NCBI GenBank assembly: GCA_037305845.1
Contig: CP147778.1
Span: 1,248,001-1,312,000 of the forward strand
Reading direction: 5' to 3'
Length of the DNA stretch: 64,000 nt
From: Candidatus Freyarchaeum deiterrae
GTDB taxonomy: Archaea > Asgardarchaeota > Jordiarchaeia > Jordiarchaeales > Jordiarchaeaceae
A program made the translations under genes and the position numbers. The notes under the pieces are model-generated. The model worked only from the letters and a program-made list of their open reading frames with translations. It had not been told where the DNA came from and searched no databases. Below, piece after piece: positions 28,120 to 39,110 of this stretch (position 1 is its first letter; every line of letters starts with the position of its first letter).

Positions 28120-29736
28120 TTATTCCAGTTTTCTCGCTCTCGCTAGGTTCTCCCGTAGGGGTCTTGAGAGTTCTTCTATATATCCTTCCATGGCGCTTAC
28201 AACAGCCACCGCTTGCTTAGCTTTTGGGGATATTGGGGCTAGGAGGATTTCTTCTCTGTCTCGTATCAGTCCGATTAGGTTTTCTGTCTCCGAAATTTTT
28301 ACCGTGATATTGGATCTTGAGGAGAGGTTTTTGAGGATGTTTAGGTTTCCTGTAGCGGATAGATCCACTTTAACTCTTGGATTTATGGAAAAGATTGCTT
28401 CCGCGTCTTTTTCGTCTAGGTTTGGTATAACAAGCAATATGTTTGTCTTGGTGTTCACCATGGATTTTCTAATAAACCCTTTAATGTTGTCCCATCCGGA
28501 GATAACTCCGGTACCCACAACCTCAGAGAAGGCTATGTCCCTAACCTGTTTCAAACTGGAGAGTGATTTTTGTTTGGCGTCTGAAATCTGACTCCCAACC
28601 TCTGTTTTTACAGGTTTAATAGTGTTGTCAACACTCCTAACGATTTCTACTGTTTGCTCCTTTATGGTGTTTGAAACACCTGAGAGAAAGTTCTCCACTC
28701 TTCCCTTAGTATTTGTAACGGTGGCTTTTCTCTTTCCACTTTCCTTAGTCACTTGGTCTTGTATAGTCTTTGAGGCGCTAAGTAAACCTTTAGACGCGTT
28801 ATTGCGTGTGGCATCCAGTGTGGAGCTTATATCGGACTTCGTCTTATCGAAATTATCATTAACATCGCTGGTTGTTCCATCTATAGAGGCGGTTATTTGT
28901 GACTCCAAACTTGTAGAAAAGCTACCAAGACCGGATTCGATGGATTCTCGAAGTTTTGTGATATCTTTATCTGTATTATCAGAGGATGAATCTATAACCT
29001 CATCGGCCTTCGTTTTTGCGTATTCAAACGATTGCGAAACGTTCGATTCTGTCTCACTCAAAGAACCTTCTAACTTTTCCTTCACGGATAACACATGTTT
29101 ATTCAGGGTCTCCAACTGATTAGCCACATCAGAAAGAACGCTATCGATACTATTTCTAGCACGTACAAGCGAATCCTGGGAGGATGAAGAGGAAGCATCA
29201 ATGCTTGAACCTATTTCGTTTTTCAATCCGCTTATACCTGTCTGGAAATTTCTTAAACTCTCATTTAGAGTAGACGAAACTCTTGTGTTTAAATCATTCA
29301 CTCTCTCACCGAGTAGCGTCTGCAAACCGCTTTTAAGCTTTAAATTTTTAGAAGCAAAATTAGTGTTAATGCCATCTAGGTCCTCACCGACTTTTTCATT
29401 TAGCTGCGAAATCGCCGTAGAAAAGTTTTTTTCCTCAGTAGAAAAGCCGCCAGAAATGCTTCCAATAATTGTTTTAAGTACAGATTCATCTGAGGCAAGT
29501 AAATCCTCCAAGTTTTTAATTAACTCTGTTCTATAATTGGAGAACATCCCTATCAAATCGGCAGTGTGCTGCTCAAGGTTCTCTCTGGTCTCTTGATCAA
29601 CCCCCGTTAGCTTATCACTGATAAAGCCTGTTAAATTATCGAGTTGCCCCGAAATTTCCGCAGCGTTCTTATCTAATTTTTTGCTCAATTCGTCTAAACT
29701 TTTTTTTAGAGTCTGCACAACAACAATATCTGACAT
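28120..29736 (-). CDS. Long amphipathic helical protein with C-terminal TrmB/PLD-like alpha-beta domain
   Basis: About 430 aa rich in S/D/N/L/K with almost no Pro. C-terminal GWDNIKGFIRKSM...ILLVIP...LIRDREEILLAP. Confidence 0.55.
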   Translation of the reverse strand: MSDIVVVQTLKKSLDELSKKLDKNAAEISGQLDNLTGFISDKLTGVDQETRENLEQHTADLIGMFSNYRTELIKNLEDLLASDESVLKTIIGSISGGFSTEEKNFSTAISQLNEKVGEDLDGINTNFASKNLKLKSGLQTLLGERVNDLNTRVSSTLNESLRNFQTGISGLKNEIGSSIDASSSSSQDSLVRARNSIDSVLSDVANQLETLNKHVLSVKEKLEGSLSETESNVSQSFEYAKTKADEVIDSSSDNTDKDITKLRESIESGLGSFSTSLESQITASIDGTTSDVNDNFDKTKSDISSTLDATRNNASKGLLSASKTIQDQVTKESGKRKATVTNTKGRVENFLSGVSNTIKEQTVEIVRSVDNTIKPVKTEVGSQISDAKQKSLSSLKQVRDIAFSEVVGTGVISGWDNIKGFIRKSMVNTKTNILLVIPNLDEKDAEAIFSINPRVKVDLSATGNLNILKNLSSRSNITVKISETENLIGLIRDREEILLAPISPKAKQAVAVVSAMEGYIEELSRPLRENLARARKLE

Positions 29737-29953
29737 CAAATCCCACCTAAAAAATCTGGGTCGCTTACCCCTTTAAAAAGCCATAATTCTCATCGAAAGA
29801 GAACTAAGCCTAATTATATATTTTGACATCAAAGGTAATAAGCTCATTGGAGTCCACACAGATGAAAGAAGTAATAAATGCTAAAAATAGTTTTAATTTT
29901 TTATACAATTTCTTCAAAAAAACAATTTAATTTTAGACAAATAAATAGTTGTA

Positions 29954-30820
29954 CTAGTTTTTTTTCTCCCAATGAACTAGGTCGATGAAATTCTCCAGTA
30001 GAAAATATCCCAGAACCACCTTCACGAAACCAGGGTTAAGCTTCAATCCTTGAGCAATCTCATTCACGGTTCTTTTTCCATCATTTGCAAAGAGAATCTC
30101 CACTCCCTGAACGCCGTATATCTTTTGGATTTTTTCGAGCTGATAAACCCCCTTCGTAAGAGCCTCCCAGGTCCTCGGAGAAATTTGGTACACATCATTC
30201 TCGCGAACCTTAACCTTGAAGCTGATTAGTCCCTGAATTACTAGGCTCCGAATCTCCTCCAAAATCTCGTTAATACTGTAACCGCTCCTATCAGCAATCT
30301 CCTGCAGGTTAGTCTCTGGATCTTCTTGCAAGACTTTTAAAATAGCCGACATTTTGGGGGTCAACTCAACACTTCTGCTGAGTCTTGTAATAAGCTCCGG
30401 AACATACTGGGGTAAAATGGATTGGGCGGGAAAGGCTCTAAAGACGTCATTTCTAAAATCTTCGAAAAGGCCAAGTTCACCCTTCCATTCTACAATCTTT
30501 GTTGAAAACTTTCCTTCGAACTCCGATACCAGATTCTTGAGCTTCGTCCTCACGTCAGGAGTTTCTGTCTCAGCAATAAGCAAACCGTAAACATTATTCC
30601 CCCGCTCTACCACTAATTTGAAACTGCCGCGATCAATAGTTTTTAGCCACTCATCACCCATCTTGGGTAGGAGCTCCTCAGAAAAAGAAACTATAGCAGA
30701 AATAAAACCAGACAGCCTATCCGGATCCACCTCAACGCCGCTAAACTTTTGGTAATACATGCACTTTCCAGAGTCTCTCTCTATGAGATAAAAAGCGAAA
30801 ATATTAGAATCGTAATTCAT
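29954..30820 (-). CDS. Longin-domain protein with two winged-helix domains
   Basis: FYLIERDSGKCMY...DRLSGFISAIVSFSEE (Asgard-type longin); two HTH-like segments (NLQEIADRSG, DGKRTVNEIAQGL). Confidence 0.7.
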   Translation of the reverse strand: MNYDSNIFAFYLIERDSGKCMYYQKFSGVEVDPDRLSGFISAIVSFSEELLPKMGDEWLKTIDRGSFKLVVERGNNVYGLLIAETETPDVRTKLKNLVSEFEGKFSTKIVEWKGELGLFEDFRNDVFRAFPAQSILPQYVPELITRLSRSVELTPKMSAILKVLQEDPETNLQEIADRSGYSINEILEEIRSLVIQGLISFKVKVRENDVYQISPRTWEALTKGVYQLEKIQKIYGVQGVEILFANDGKRTVNEIAQGLKLNPGFVKVVLGYFLLENFIDLVHWEKKN

Positions 30821-31143
30821 ATAAAAACCCCATTAAGAATAATTTTGTGAAATACGCCCCTCGAATCATTTTCCTCCCTGCTTTTTAATGCAGACCTCCT
30901 CAATTCACGGTCTAGTAAGTAAATTTGCAAATATCTATGCTCATAGAACATTTCTCTTGAAAGGGGATAATAAATTTATCGTAATAAACAAATACAGTTT
31001 ATAAATTATGTAAATCAAAAATCAAATCATTATCAATAGTTATAAAACGACCAAAAAGTATAGCTCAAACTGAAAATGTAGCAGAAAATTTGGAAACCAG
31101 ACAAATTGTTCTCCATTAAATTACAAAGGCAATCGGCATCCGC

Positions 31144-32586
31144 TCAGGATTTCGTTTTCTTCACCTGCACGGCCGATTTGTTTCTATTTCTTATCCGTGC
31201 AAGCCTCGCTGAAGGCAAAACCAGCAAAATAATCATACACGCCACCTGATCCAGTACGAAAGCCCAAGCAAAACCCACTGCTTGAAATGTTTTACCTAGC
31301 AACAATATACCCACAATATCAACCACGAGTGCCGAAATGTATGCAATCAAAACAATCCTCGGCCTCTCCTCACTAAGGAGCGTCGATGTCTTTATACTAG
31401 CAATGGTCGCGGGAATCACTGCAATAGCAAGCCATCGTGTTGCGTCAATACTATTAGTAAAGTTGGGGAAGAGCCAATTAATAACAGTGGGACTCAGAAG
31501 AATGCCCAAAACTGTAATCCCAACAGCCAAAAGTAGGCTAATAACTTCCACTTCGCGTCTCGGAGCACCACCCGACTTCTCCGGAAGCAGGTAAGAAAGC
31601 ACACTCGCAGGAATAATCAAAAAAATTAGGAGAAACTGATAAGCCAAATTATACAGCCCCAAAAATAGTAAACCAAAAAAGAAACCAATAACAACTTTAT
31701 CAAGTGAACTATGGGAGGCTTGAGCTAAACCTATTCCCCAAGTGTGAAGAGTAAAAGCCATCTTATCACGAATCTCAGAAAAATGAAAAGACGTCCTCTT
31801 GACACTAAAAAGATCCTTGAAGTAATCATAACTAACAAGGAAAAAGGGAGCGATGTAAGCCACTAACATCAACTTATTGAGACTATCGAATGGAAAGACC
31901 GAAATAGCAGAGAGAAAGTAGAAAATCACCACCAAACCAATCTCTAGAACCCGAACAAATGAATTAATAAGAGCATACTTTTTGTATTCTCTCCTACCCA
32001 AAGCTCTCGCCGTAACAAGGATAAAGAAAACAAGACCCAGAATCAAGGGAATCGCAAAAACGAAAGCGATATTCCCACCAGTTACCATCTGAATCCAAGA
32101 TTGCAGACTATCCAGAATCGTGGGAAATACCGAAATGAAATACGGATTCCCACTATACAGCAACTGTATAGAAATTTGCAGATTAGCTGTACTGTTCGAG
32201 CCCGTTTGAGCGGGGAAGAAAAGGATGTATAAAGTGGCCGCCACCCCCACAACTATCCCCAAAATAAACGTAAGAAGCGTGGATTCCGTGATTAAATCAT
32301 CTTTCTCCTCCTTAGGATAAAAAGCAGAAATAGTGGAACTCAAACCCAAAATAGGAATAGAAGACAAAAAGAAACCCAAAGAAAGATAATAGTTTAAATA
32401 ACCATAATCGGAAACGCCCAGCATTCTCGCAGCAAGCAGATAAAACACTCCGCCTAAAACAGCGTTAACCAAGTTACCAGCAGTGACATAAATGAAACCC
32501 CTGTTTTTCAGCCCCTTTTTAACCATGCCGAACAATGAACCCGAATTTGTCTTAGTAGGTGCACTCCGACTTTTCCGCTCAGACAT
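31144..32586 (-). CDS. Wzx/MATE-type oligosaccharide flippase
   Basis: Many transmembrane segments; ARMLGVSDYG; LDKVVIG...LGLYNLAYQ. Confidence 0.85.
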   Translation of the reverse strand: MSERKSRSAPTKTNSGSLFGMVKKGLKNRGFIYVTAGNLVNAVLGGVFYLLAARMLGVSDYGYLNYYLSLGFFLSSIPILGLSSTISAFYPKEEKDDLITESTLLTFILGIVVGVAATLYILFFPAQTGSNSTANLQISIQLLYSGNPYFISVFPTILDSLQSWIQMVTGGNIAFVFAIPLILGLVFFILVTARALGRREYKKYALINSFVRVLEIGLVVIFYFLSAISVFPFDSLNKLMLVAYIAPFFLVSYDYFKDLFSVKRTSFHFSEIRDKMAFTLHTWGIGLAQASHSSLDKVVIGFFFGLLFLGLYNLAYQFLLIFLIIPASVLSYLLPEKSGGAPRREVEVISLLLAVGITVLGILLSPTVINWLFPNFTNSIDATRWLAIAVIPATIASIKTSTLLSEERPRIVLIAYISALVVDIVGILLLGKTFQAVGFAWAFVLDQVACMIILLVLPSARLARIRNRNKSAVQVKKTKS

Positions 32587-33172
32587 GTGGATACCCCTTG
32601 TGTAGATAAAAGGAATAGTGAACAGACTACAGATGCAAAACTTTCCTTGTAACTGGTTTGATAAACTAAATGTGAATAGATAGTAAAGATAAAATGAAGT
32701 AGTAATAAATTCCTATAAACCTTTTGATTAAAAAAAGCGGATTAGATTAAACCTGAAGCGTCCACCCAAGAGGAAGGATTAGGAAATCCAAGTTACCTTG
32801 AGACTAGATTGGCTTCATCAGCCTTCATAGTATTTGAAAAAAAAGACTTATATAATTACTCAAATACTGAGAATAGTACCCAAATCAAATTATGTACGAA
32901 GCCAAACTTACCAAGAGGTCATAGAAGGAATATCCTGTTTGTTCAATTTTTTCCAATTCAAAAACAGGACTCAAAAAGGAAAGAAAAATAATCTCCGGAA
33001 TTCGCTAGAATAACTAAAAAGTGTATAATAAGAATACTGTTCCGATAAAAGTAATTACAAACACTCAATTAAAAAAATAGCCTACAAAAGAGAAAAGTAT
33101 CCGAAAACATAAGAAAACAATCCCCACATAAAGGAATTCTAAAAAACACCGAAATGAGGGAGCAAGAATAGA

Positions 33173-34042
33173 ATGAAGATCACAAAAAATGTGAAAGATG
33201 AAAACAATTCGAAGAAGTATTTATCATCCTCTCCCTCTAGCACACAAGAACCTGCAAAGGTTCAAAACAGTGACAAACAATACTTGGTCAACAACGCGTT
33301 TTCCACATTGGACTCCTTTAGCATAAACAATGTGGAAAAAACGGAAATAGAAGTCTCAGTCGTCATACCCTGTCTAAATGAAGAACCAACAATAGGAGAA
33401 TGCATCAAAAAGGTCAAAAACGTGTTCGGAAATCTAAATCTACGTGGTGAAATAATAGTTTCAGACAGTTCCACAGACAACTCCCCCGTAATCGCAAAAA
33501 AATTAGGAGCCAAAGTGGTTAACCCCACTCAAATGGGCTACGGCAGCGCGTATCAAACCGGATTTTCAGAAGCGAGAGGAAAATATATAATTATGGCTGA
33601 TGCTGATGGAACATACGACCTCCAAGAAATATCCAAATTCATAAAAATACTAAAAAATAATGATGTAGACATAGCAATAGGGACTAGGCTCAAAGGCAAA
33701 ATCTTTCCCGGAGCTATGCCAAGACTACACAGATATGTAGGAAACCCACTCCTAACCCTTACCACAAACATACTATTCGGAACCAGAATATCAGATACGA
33801 ACTGTGGAATGAGGGCGATCACTAAAAAAGCGTGGGAAAAAATAAAAGCCTTATCACCGGGAATGGAGTTCGCATCCGAAATATTAATCAAAGCTGCAAA
33901 AAATAAACTGAAAATTGTAGAAATACCCATAACATACTATCCAAGACAAGGTCGACCCTCCAAGCTAAATCCATTAAAAGACGGTTTCAGACACCTAAAA
34001 CTCCTAATAAAATTACGGTTTACAAACCCATTTCCAAAATAA
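33173..34042 (+). CDS. GT2 glycosyltransferase (dolichol-phosphate sugar synthase-like)
   Basis: VSVVIPCLNEE, MADADGTY, SDTNCGMRA, GMEFASE. Confidence 0.9.
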   Translation: MKITKNVKDENNSKKYLSSSPSSTQEPAKVQNSDKQYLVNNAFSTLDSFSINNVEKTEIEVSVVIPCLNEEPTIGECIKKVKNVFGNLNLRGEIIVSDSSTDNSPVIAKKLGAKVVNPTQMGYGSAYQTGFSEARGKYIIMADADGTYDLQEISKFIKILKNNDVDIAIGTRLKGKIFPGAMPRLHRYVGNPLLTLTTNILFGTRISDTNCGMRAITKKAWEKIKALSPGMEFASEILIKAAKNKLKIVEIPITYYPRQGRPSKLNPLKDGFRHLKLLIKLRFTNPFPK

Positions 34043-34130
34043 GTCTCCAAAGGTATAAACGACTAATTGGACGCCCAAACCACCTTCCCTTGATAGGGTA
34101 TACGAAAACCAGAAATGGGAGGTAGCAATC

Positions 34131-34571
34131 TTGATTTGGAGTGACAAAAACGTCTTAGTTGCCGGGGGTGCAGGATTTACCGGTTCCCACTTGGTAAAAA
34201 GATTGCTTGACCTAGGAAGTGTCATATCCGTCGCTGATGAATTCTCTAGAAGTAAAAGAAAGAACATGGAGCCTTTCCTAGACGAGATACACCTCCATAT
34301 ATTAGATTTAGCAAAGCTCGAGAACTGCTTAAAGGCTACGAAAGATATAGATTACGTTTTTCATCTAGCGGCACGCGTTAAGAAACCTAAATCTACGTGG
34401 CGGAATAATAGTCTCAGACCGCCCCACAGACAACTTCCCTCCTTAATTGCAGAAAATAAAGGAGCAAAAGTGGTCCACTCCAACGAAAAACGCTACTGCA
34501 ACGCGTACCTAACCGGATTATTTGAAACGAGAGGGAAATACATATTTATGGCCGACGCAGACGGCACATAA
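34131..34571 (+). pseudogene. Chimeric remnant: NAD-dependent epimerase N-terminus fused to a degenerate copy of the upstream GT2 gene
   Basis: VAGGAGFTGSHL...FHLAARV, then about 34383-34570 resembles 33430-33615 (ends GKYIFMADADGT). Confidence 0.8.
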
Positions 34572-34646
34572 ATTGTTTGTTTCTGGAAAGAAATAACATG
34601 ATTAATACTAAGTTATCAAAAATGGCCTTGAGGGAGAGATAATACA

Positions 34647-35690
34647 ATGAGAAAAGCATTGATAACGGGGATTACAGGACAAGACGGTTCTTACTTAGCT
34701 GAATTTTTGCTAAGTAAGGGTTATGAGATTCACGGTATTATCCGAAGGGCGTCTACGTTCAATACAAAGAGGATAGACCATATTTACGTTGATCCTCATG
34801 ATCCAGATGCTAGATTATTTCTCCACTATGGAGATCTCTCAGATTCTGAACAGATAACAAACATAATCTACAATTTAAAACCTGATGAAATCTATAATTT
34901 GGGTGCTCAAACCCATGTTCGTGTTAGTTTTGATACACCTGAATACACAGGCAACGTTACCGCACTCGGCACAACAAGACTGTTAGAAGCAATAAGAAGA
35001 AGTGGAAATAGGGTGAAATTTTACCAAGCTTCAAGTAGTGAGATGTTTGGCGAATCTCCGCCACCACAAAATGAAGAAACGCCTTTTAAACCGAACAGCC
35101 CTTACGCATGCGCTAAAGTCTATTCGTATTGGATGACGAAGATTTACCGGGATGGGTATAAAATATCCGCCTACAATGGAATATTGTTCAATCATGAATC
35201 CCCGAGGAGGGGTGAGATCTTCGTAACGAAAAAAATCACAAGGGGCATAGCGAGAATTCTTGCTAAAAAAGAGAAATATTTGTACTTAGGGAATTTAGAA
35301 ACGAAAAGGGACTGGGGATACGCGCCCGAATATGTTGAATGTATGTGGACGATGTTGCAAAATGGACAACCAGAAGATTTTGTCCTAGGAACAGGGGAAG
35401 CTCATTCAGTAAGGGAATTTTTGGAAGCAGCCTCCTCATACGCAATGTTCGATATAGAAGAACATGTAAAAATTGACCCGAGATATTTCAGACCAATAGA
35501 CGTTGATGTGTTAGTTGCGGATCCTACAAAAGCAAAGAAGAAGTTAAATTGGAATCCAAAGATCAAATTTGAAGATTTGGTTAAGATTATGGTGGATGCA
35601 GATATGAGGGCTGAGGGATTAGAGCCTATTGGGGAGGGCGATAAAATCATAAAAAAGAAGTTTCCGAATAGATGGTGGGATGTAGATTAA
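34647..35690 (+). CDS. gmd: GDP-mannose 4,6-dehydratase
   Basis: [48 protein letters not shown]. Confidence 0.96.
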   Translation: MRKALITGITGQDGSYLAEFLLSKGYEIHGIIRRASTFNTKRIDHIYVDPHDPDARLFLHYGDLSDSEQITNIIYNLKPDEIYNLGAQTHVRVSFDTPEYTGNVTALGTTRLLEAIRRSGNRVKFYQASSSEMFGESPPPQNEETPFKPNSPYACAKVYSYWMTKIYRDGYKISAYNGILFNHESPRRGEIFVTKKITRGIARILAKKEKYLYLGNLETKRDWGYAPEYVECMWTMLQNGQPEDFVLGTGEAHSVREFLEAASSYAMFDIEEHVKIDPRYFRPIDVDVLVADPTKAKKKLNWNPKIKFEDLVKIMVDADMRAEGLEPIGEGDKIIKKKFPNRWWDVD

Positions 35691-35877
35691 TGTGGAGAGA
35701 CAATAAGAAGATCCCAAAATATTGTCAAGTTCATTCTAAAGAAATCTTTTTAGATGGTGATTAGGAAAACAAATTAAACTATTTGGAGAAAAATATAAAG
35801 CGTTTAACGATTCGAATAACAGATTCAAAAACAGTAGAATCCCCAAATAGTCGAGACAATAAAGAAGGTAGGTAACC

Positions 35878-36816
35878 ATAACATTTTGGAAAAATAAAAA
35901 AGTCTTAGTAACTGGCGGTGCAGGATTTTTAGGTTCTTTCGTAGTAGACAAACTAAAAGAAAAAGGAATGAAGGAAGAAAACATAAGAATACCAAGAAGT
36001 AAAAATAATGACCTAAAGCAGTGGAAAAACTGCGCTAAAGTAGTAAAAGATATTGATATAATTATCCATTTGGCTGCGAGGGTAGGAGGTATCGGATACA
36101 ACCAAAAATATCCCGCTACACTTTTTTACGATAACGCTATAATGGGAATTCAAATGATAGAAGCAGCGAGACAGGAAAATGTTGAAAAACTTGTAGCAAT
36201 GGGAACTATTTGTGCTTATCCAAAATTCACACCAGTTCCATTTAAAGAAGAAGATTTGTGGAAAGGGTATCCAGAAGAAACAAATGCACCCTATGGGTTG
36301 GCAAAGAAGATGATGCTTGTTCAGGCTCAGGCTTACAGGCAACAATATGGATTTAATTGCATTTATTTGCTCCCGGTGAACTTATACGGTCCGAGAGATA
36401 ATTTTGATCCCGAGCATTCGCACGTTATTCCTGCATTGATCAAGAGGATATTTGATGCAAAGGAATCCGGTGAAGAATATATAACTGTGTGGGGGACTGG
36501 GAAGGCAACAAGGGAGTTTTTGTACGTTGAGGACGCTGCCGAAGGAATAATATTAGCTACAGAAAAGTATAACAAACCAGAACCGATAAACCTAGGCGCT
36601 GGATTTGAAATTTCAATAAAAGCTCTTGTTGAGTTAATAGTAGATATTACTGGGTTCGATGGAGAGATAAGATGGGATAAAAGTAAGCCGGATGGACAGC
36701 CTAGAAGATGTTTAGATGTTAGTAAAGCAAAGGAAGAGTTTGGGTTCGAGGCGAAGGTGGGTTTCAAAGAGGGGCTTAAGAGGGCGGTTGAGTGGTATAC
36801 AAACAATATTAGATAA
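35878..36816 (+). CDS. fcl: GDP-L-fucose synthase (apparent ATA start)
   Basis: [47 protein letters not shown]. The Rossmann motif VTGGAGFLG lies in frame upstream of ATG 35968. Confidence 0.88.
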   Translation: MTFWKNKKVLVTGGAGFLGSFVVDKLKEKGMKEENIRIPRSKNNDLKQWKNCAKVVKDIDIIIHLAARVGGIGYNQKYPATLFYDNAIMGIQMIEAARQENVEKLVAMGTICAYPKFTPVPFKEEDLWKGYPEETNAPYGLAKKMMLVQAQAYRQQYGFNCIYLLPVNLYGPRDNFDPEHSHVIPALIKRIFDAKESGEEYITVWGTGKATREFLYVEDAAEGIILATEKYNKPEPINLGAGFEISIKALVELIVDITGFDGEIRWDKSKPDGQPRRCLDVSKAKEEFGFEAKVGFKEGLKRAVEWYTNNIR

Positions 36817-36838
36817 TATAATGGTTTGTTGGTGAAAA

Positions 36839-36980
36839 ATGACAAAAGCAAGCTTTATATTACCAACGAGAAACGCAGAAAAACATTGGGAATTTATTTG
36901 AAAGCATATTCTCTCAAGACTATAAGGAAGAAATCGAAGTATTAATTATGGACTCTTCCGAGGACAGAACTCCAGAAAGG
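36839..36980 (+). pseudogene. Frameshifted GT2 N-terminal fragment
   Basis: SD GGTGA and ATG: MTKASFILPTRNAEK, then in a shifted frame IGNLFESIFSQDYKEEIEVLIMDSSEDRTPE, then truncated. Confidence 0.7.
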
Positions 36981-37298
36981 ATTGGCTGGATAAGCTTTTT
37001 CTTCCTCAAATCTGTTGACGGCTAATGTTTTCTCTCAGTATACGCAGGCAGAACTGGTAAAAAGAAATCTTCCCACATAATTTATTTTAACGGATTCCAG
37101 CATATTAGTGTTCATTAAAAGACTGGGAGTGGATTCTCCAACGTTTTCTTTCTTTACATAGCGTATCCGCTTACCGATGCTGTTAGATAAAAACTTAGTT
37201 TATGTCCTCTGTAGCCTTTAAGCAGTTTTCGAGCTTTGTTAAATCTAATATATGAAGGTGTATCTCGTCTAGGAAAGGCTCTATGTTCTTTCTTTTAC
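36975..37298 (-). pseudogene. Inverted internal fragment of an NAD-dependent epimerase
   Basis: KRKNIEPFLDEIHLHILDLTKLENCLKAT (near copy of 34252-34367), then NTNMLE, TSSACVY, EEKAYPANP with stops and frameshifts. Confidence 0.8.
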
Positions 37299-37600
37299 CT
37301 CCCCCTCCACGAGAGCCATTACCCTCAAGAAAATCGTCGTGTTGGAGATGTTTAGTCGGGCACCCGCGAGTCCGAAGAGGGTTTGGGTGAAGACCTTGAG
37401 TTGCCGGTAAGGGGAGCTTGAGGCAGATCCGGAGCAAGGCGAGGATTCAGACGATGCTGTCTGTGTATTTGAAGGGTCGCCCCACCTTGTCCTCGTTCAT
37501 TCTCCTGAGCTCCTCTCTGGGGCTCTAACCCCGCTTTAAGAAGCAGGATCAGCTCCCCCCTCTTAACCAGCTTGTCATCAACCACTAATAGTAACCTCCA
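37299..37600 (-). mobile_element. IS5-family transposase remnant (5' part)
   Basis: GC-rich island. Across frameshifts it reads LVKRGELIL...ELRRMNEDKVGRPFKYTDSIV*ILALLRICLKLP, like the archaeal IS5-type N-terminus (LVxRGE...GRPFxY...LPYRQ). No terminal repeats identified. Confidence 0.7.
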
Positions 37601-37741
37601 GTAAGGGAAAGAAATACAGAAGGAGGAGGGAAAAATAAGTTTTATTCCCTTTGAGGGGGCAAGCAAAGGTGAACAGAGCTAATTTATCAAACAAGCAGAT
37701 AAAGCACAAAATTAATAAGATTCTATTACAAAAATCATTCC

Positions 37742-37960
37742 ATGAACTCGATACCCCCAGCCATCAGGAAACTCGTAGTTGACGGGTTCAAAGACAAAAT
37801 ATCTGTAAAAGTCGAAAATCATTACACCGACGCCTTAATAAACTCACTCAACCAAGGAAAGTGTACTTACCTCCAAGGAAGGTTTAACCACGCGAAAGGA
37901 AACATAATTATTACAATGGATGGTGACTCGCCTCACAAAGCTAAGGAGATGAGGGGTTGA
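37742..37960 (+). pseudogene. Degenerate GT2 fragment
   Basis: LVVDG, QGK and AKGNIIITMDGD in a 72-codon ORF. Confidence 0.6.
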
Positions 37961-37983
37961 ATAGTGAAGCCCAGGGAAGAGCG

Positions 37984-38748
37984 ATGAACAGTATAAGTCA
38001 AAACAAGTATAGCACATCGAAGTCAGTGATTGTTATAATACCCACTTTAAATGAAGAACACGGCATAGGCTTGACTATTGAAGAAGTTAAAAAAAACATT
38101 GATGCAGAAATCATAAATATTGACGCAAATAGTGTTGATAAGACACAGGAAATTGCCGCAAGCCTAGGTGCTAAGGTAATAAAGCAAAGAGGCTTTGGCA
38201 AGGGAGTGGCAATAGCCCAAGCTCTCCAATGTTTGAACCAAAATACAAAATACATAGTCATAATGGACGGCGATTATACCTATTCAGCCACCTACATTCC
38301 ACAAATGCTGAAAGTCTTGGAAAAGAATACAGATTTCGAAATGGTGACTGGGAAAAGGTTTAGTAATGATGATGCACTTCTCACTCATTTTAAGAGAATT
38401 GTAAAGAGCCCTTACTGGTTTGGCAATTACGCCATTGCATTCACTCACCGAATATTGAATAATGTTTCGATGAATGATCCCCTCACCGGCCTTCGTGTTA
38501 TAAGATTTGACTGCATAAAATATTTTCAACCTAAAGCAAAAAGCTTTGATATCGAAGTCGAACTTAATAATTATATCAAAAAACAAGGAGGCAAAATCTT
38601 CGAAATCCCTATCGAATATCGCCAGAGGCTAGGTGAGAAGAAGCTCAAAACAAGACACGCCTTCATCATATTTATGAGAATGGTGGTTATGGCAGTCGAG
38701 GATTTTTTACTACGAATAAAGTCAAGTTTGAGAAACAAAAATAAATGA
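37984..38748 (+). CDS. GT2 glycosyltransferase
   Basis: VIIPTLNEE, GKGVA, MDGDYTY, DPLTGLR, FDIEVE, RLGEKKL. Confidence 0.9.
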   Translation: MNSISQNKYSTSKSVIVIIPTLNEEHGIGLTIEEVKKNIDAEIINIDANSVDKTQEIAASLGAKVIKQRGFGKGVAIAQALQCLNQNTKYIVIMDGDYTYSATYIPQMLKVLEKNTDFEMVTGKRFSNDDALLTHFKRIVKSPYWFGNYAIAFTHRILNNVSMNDPLTGLRVIRFDCIKYFQPKAKSFDIEVELNNYIKKQGGKIFEIPIEYRQRLGEKKLKTRHAFIIFMRMVVMAVEDFLLRIKSSLRNKNK

Positions 38749-38881
38749 GAAAAATGCAGGGCAAGCTAACCCCCAAACCGTAAATAATTTAAATCTCTAC
38801 AAAATACCGTTAAAAAATATTTGACCTAAAACTCAGAGTATATCTAAAACAATTTGAACGCTTCAAAAAAACATATGACTC

Positions 38882-39097
38882 ATGAAGGTAACCACGATGC
38901 AAACTTTTTCGGAATATGAAGATAAAATTGTTTTAGTAACTGGCGGGGCAGGATTTATAGGTTCTCACTTAGTGAAGAAAATGTTGGATATTGAAAATCT
39001 TGTTCATGTTGCAGATAATTTCTCAATAGGGAGAATAGAGAACATCACGATAGAAAAAGTGAAAGCAAAATTGGAAACTCTTCTTATGGAACGCTAA
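38882..39097 (+). pseudogene. Truncated NAD-dependent epimerase N-terminus
   Basis: [15 protein letters not shown]...ADNFSIGRIEN, then stop. Confidence 0.75.
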
Positions 39098-39110
39098 GGA
39101 AGGTGTTAAA

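Noticed and set aside
25615-33170. A-rich intergenic ORFs 25615..25851 and 32809..32991
   Set aside because: Low complexity, no SD, no recognisable motif.
37195-37666. Track ORFs 37195..37437 and 37352..37666 as genes
   Set aside because: They are composites of transposase and epimerase remnants.
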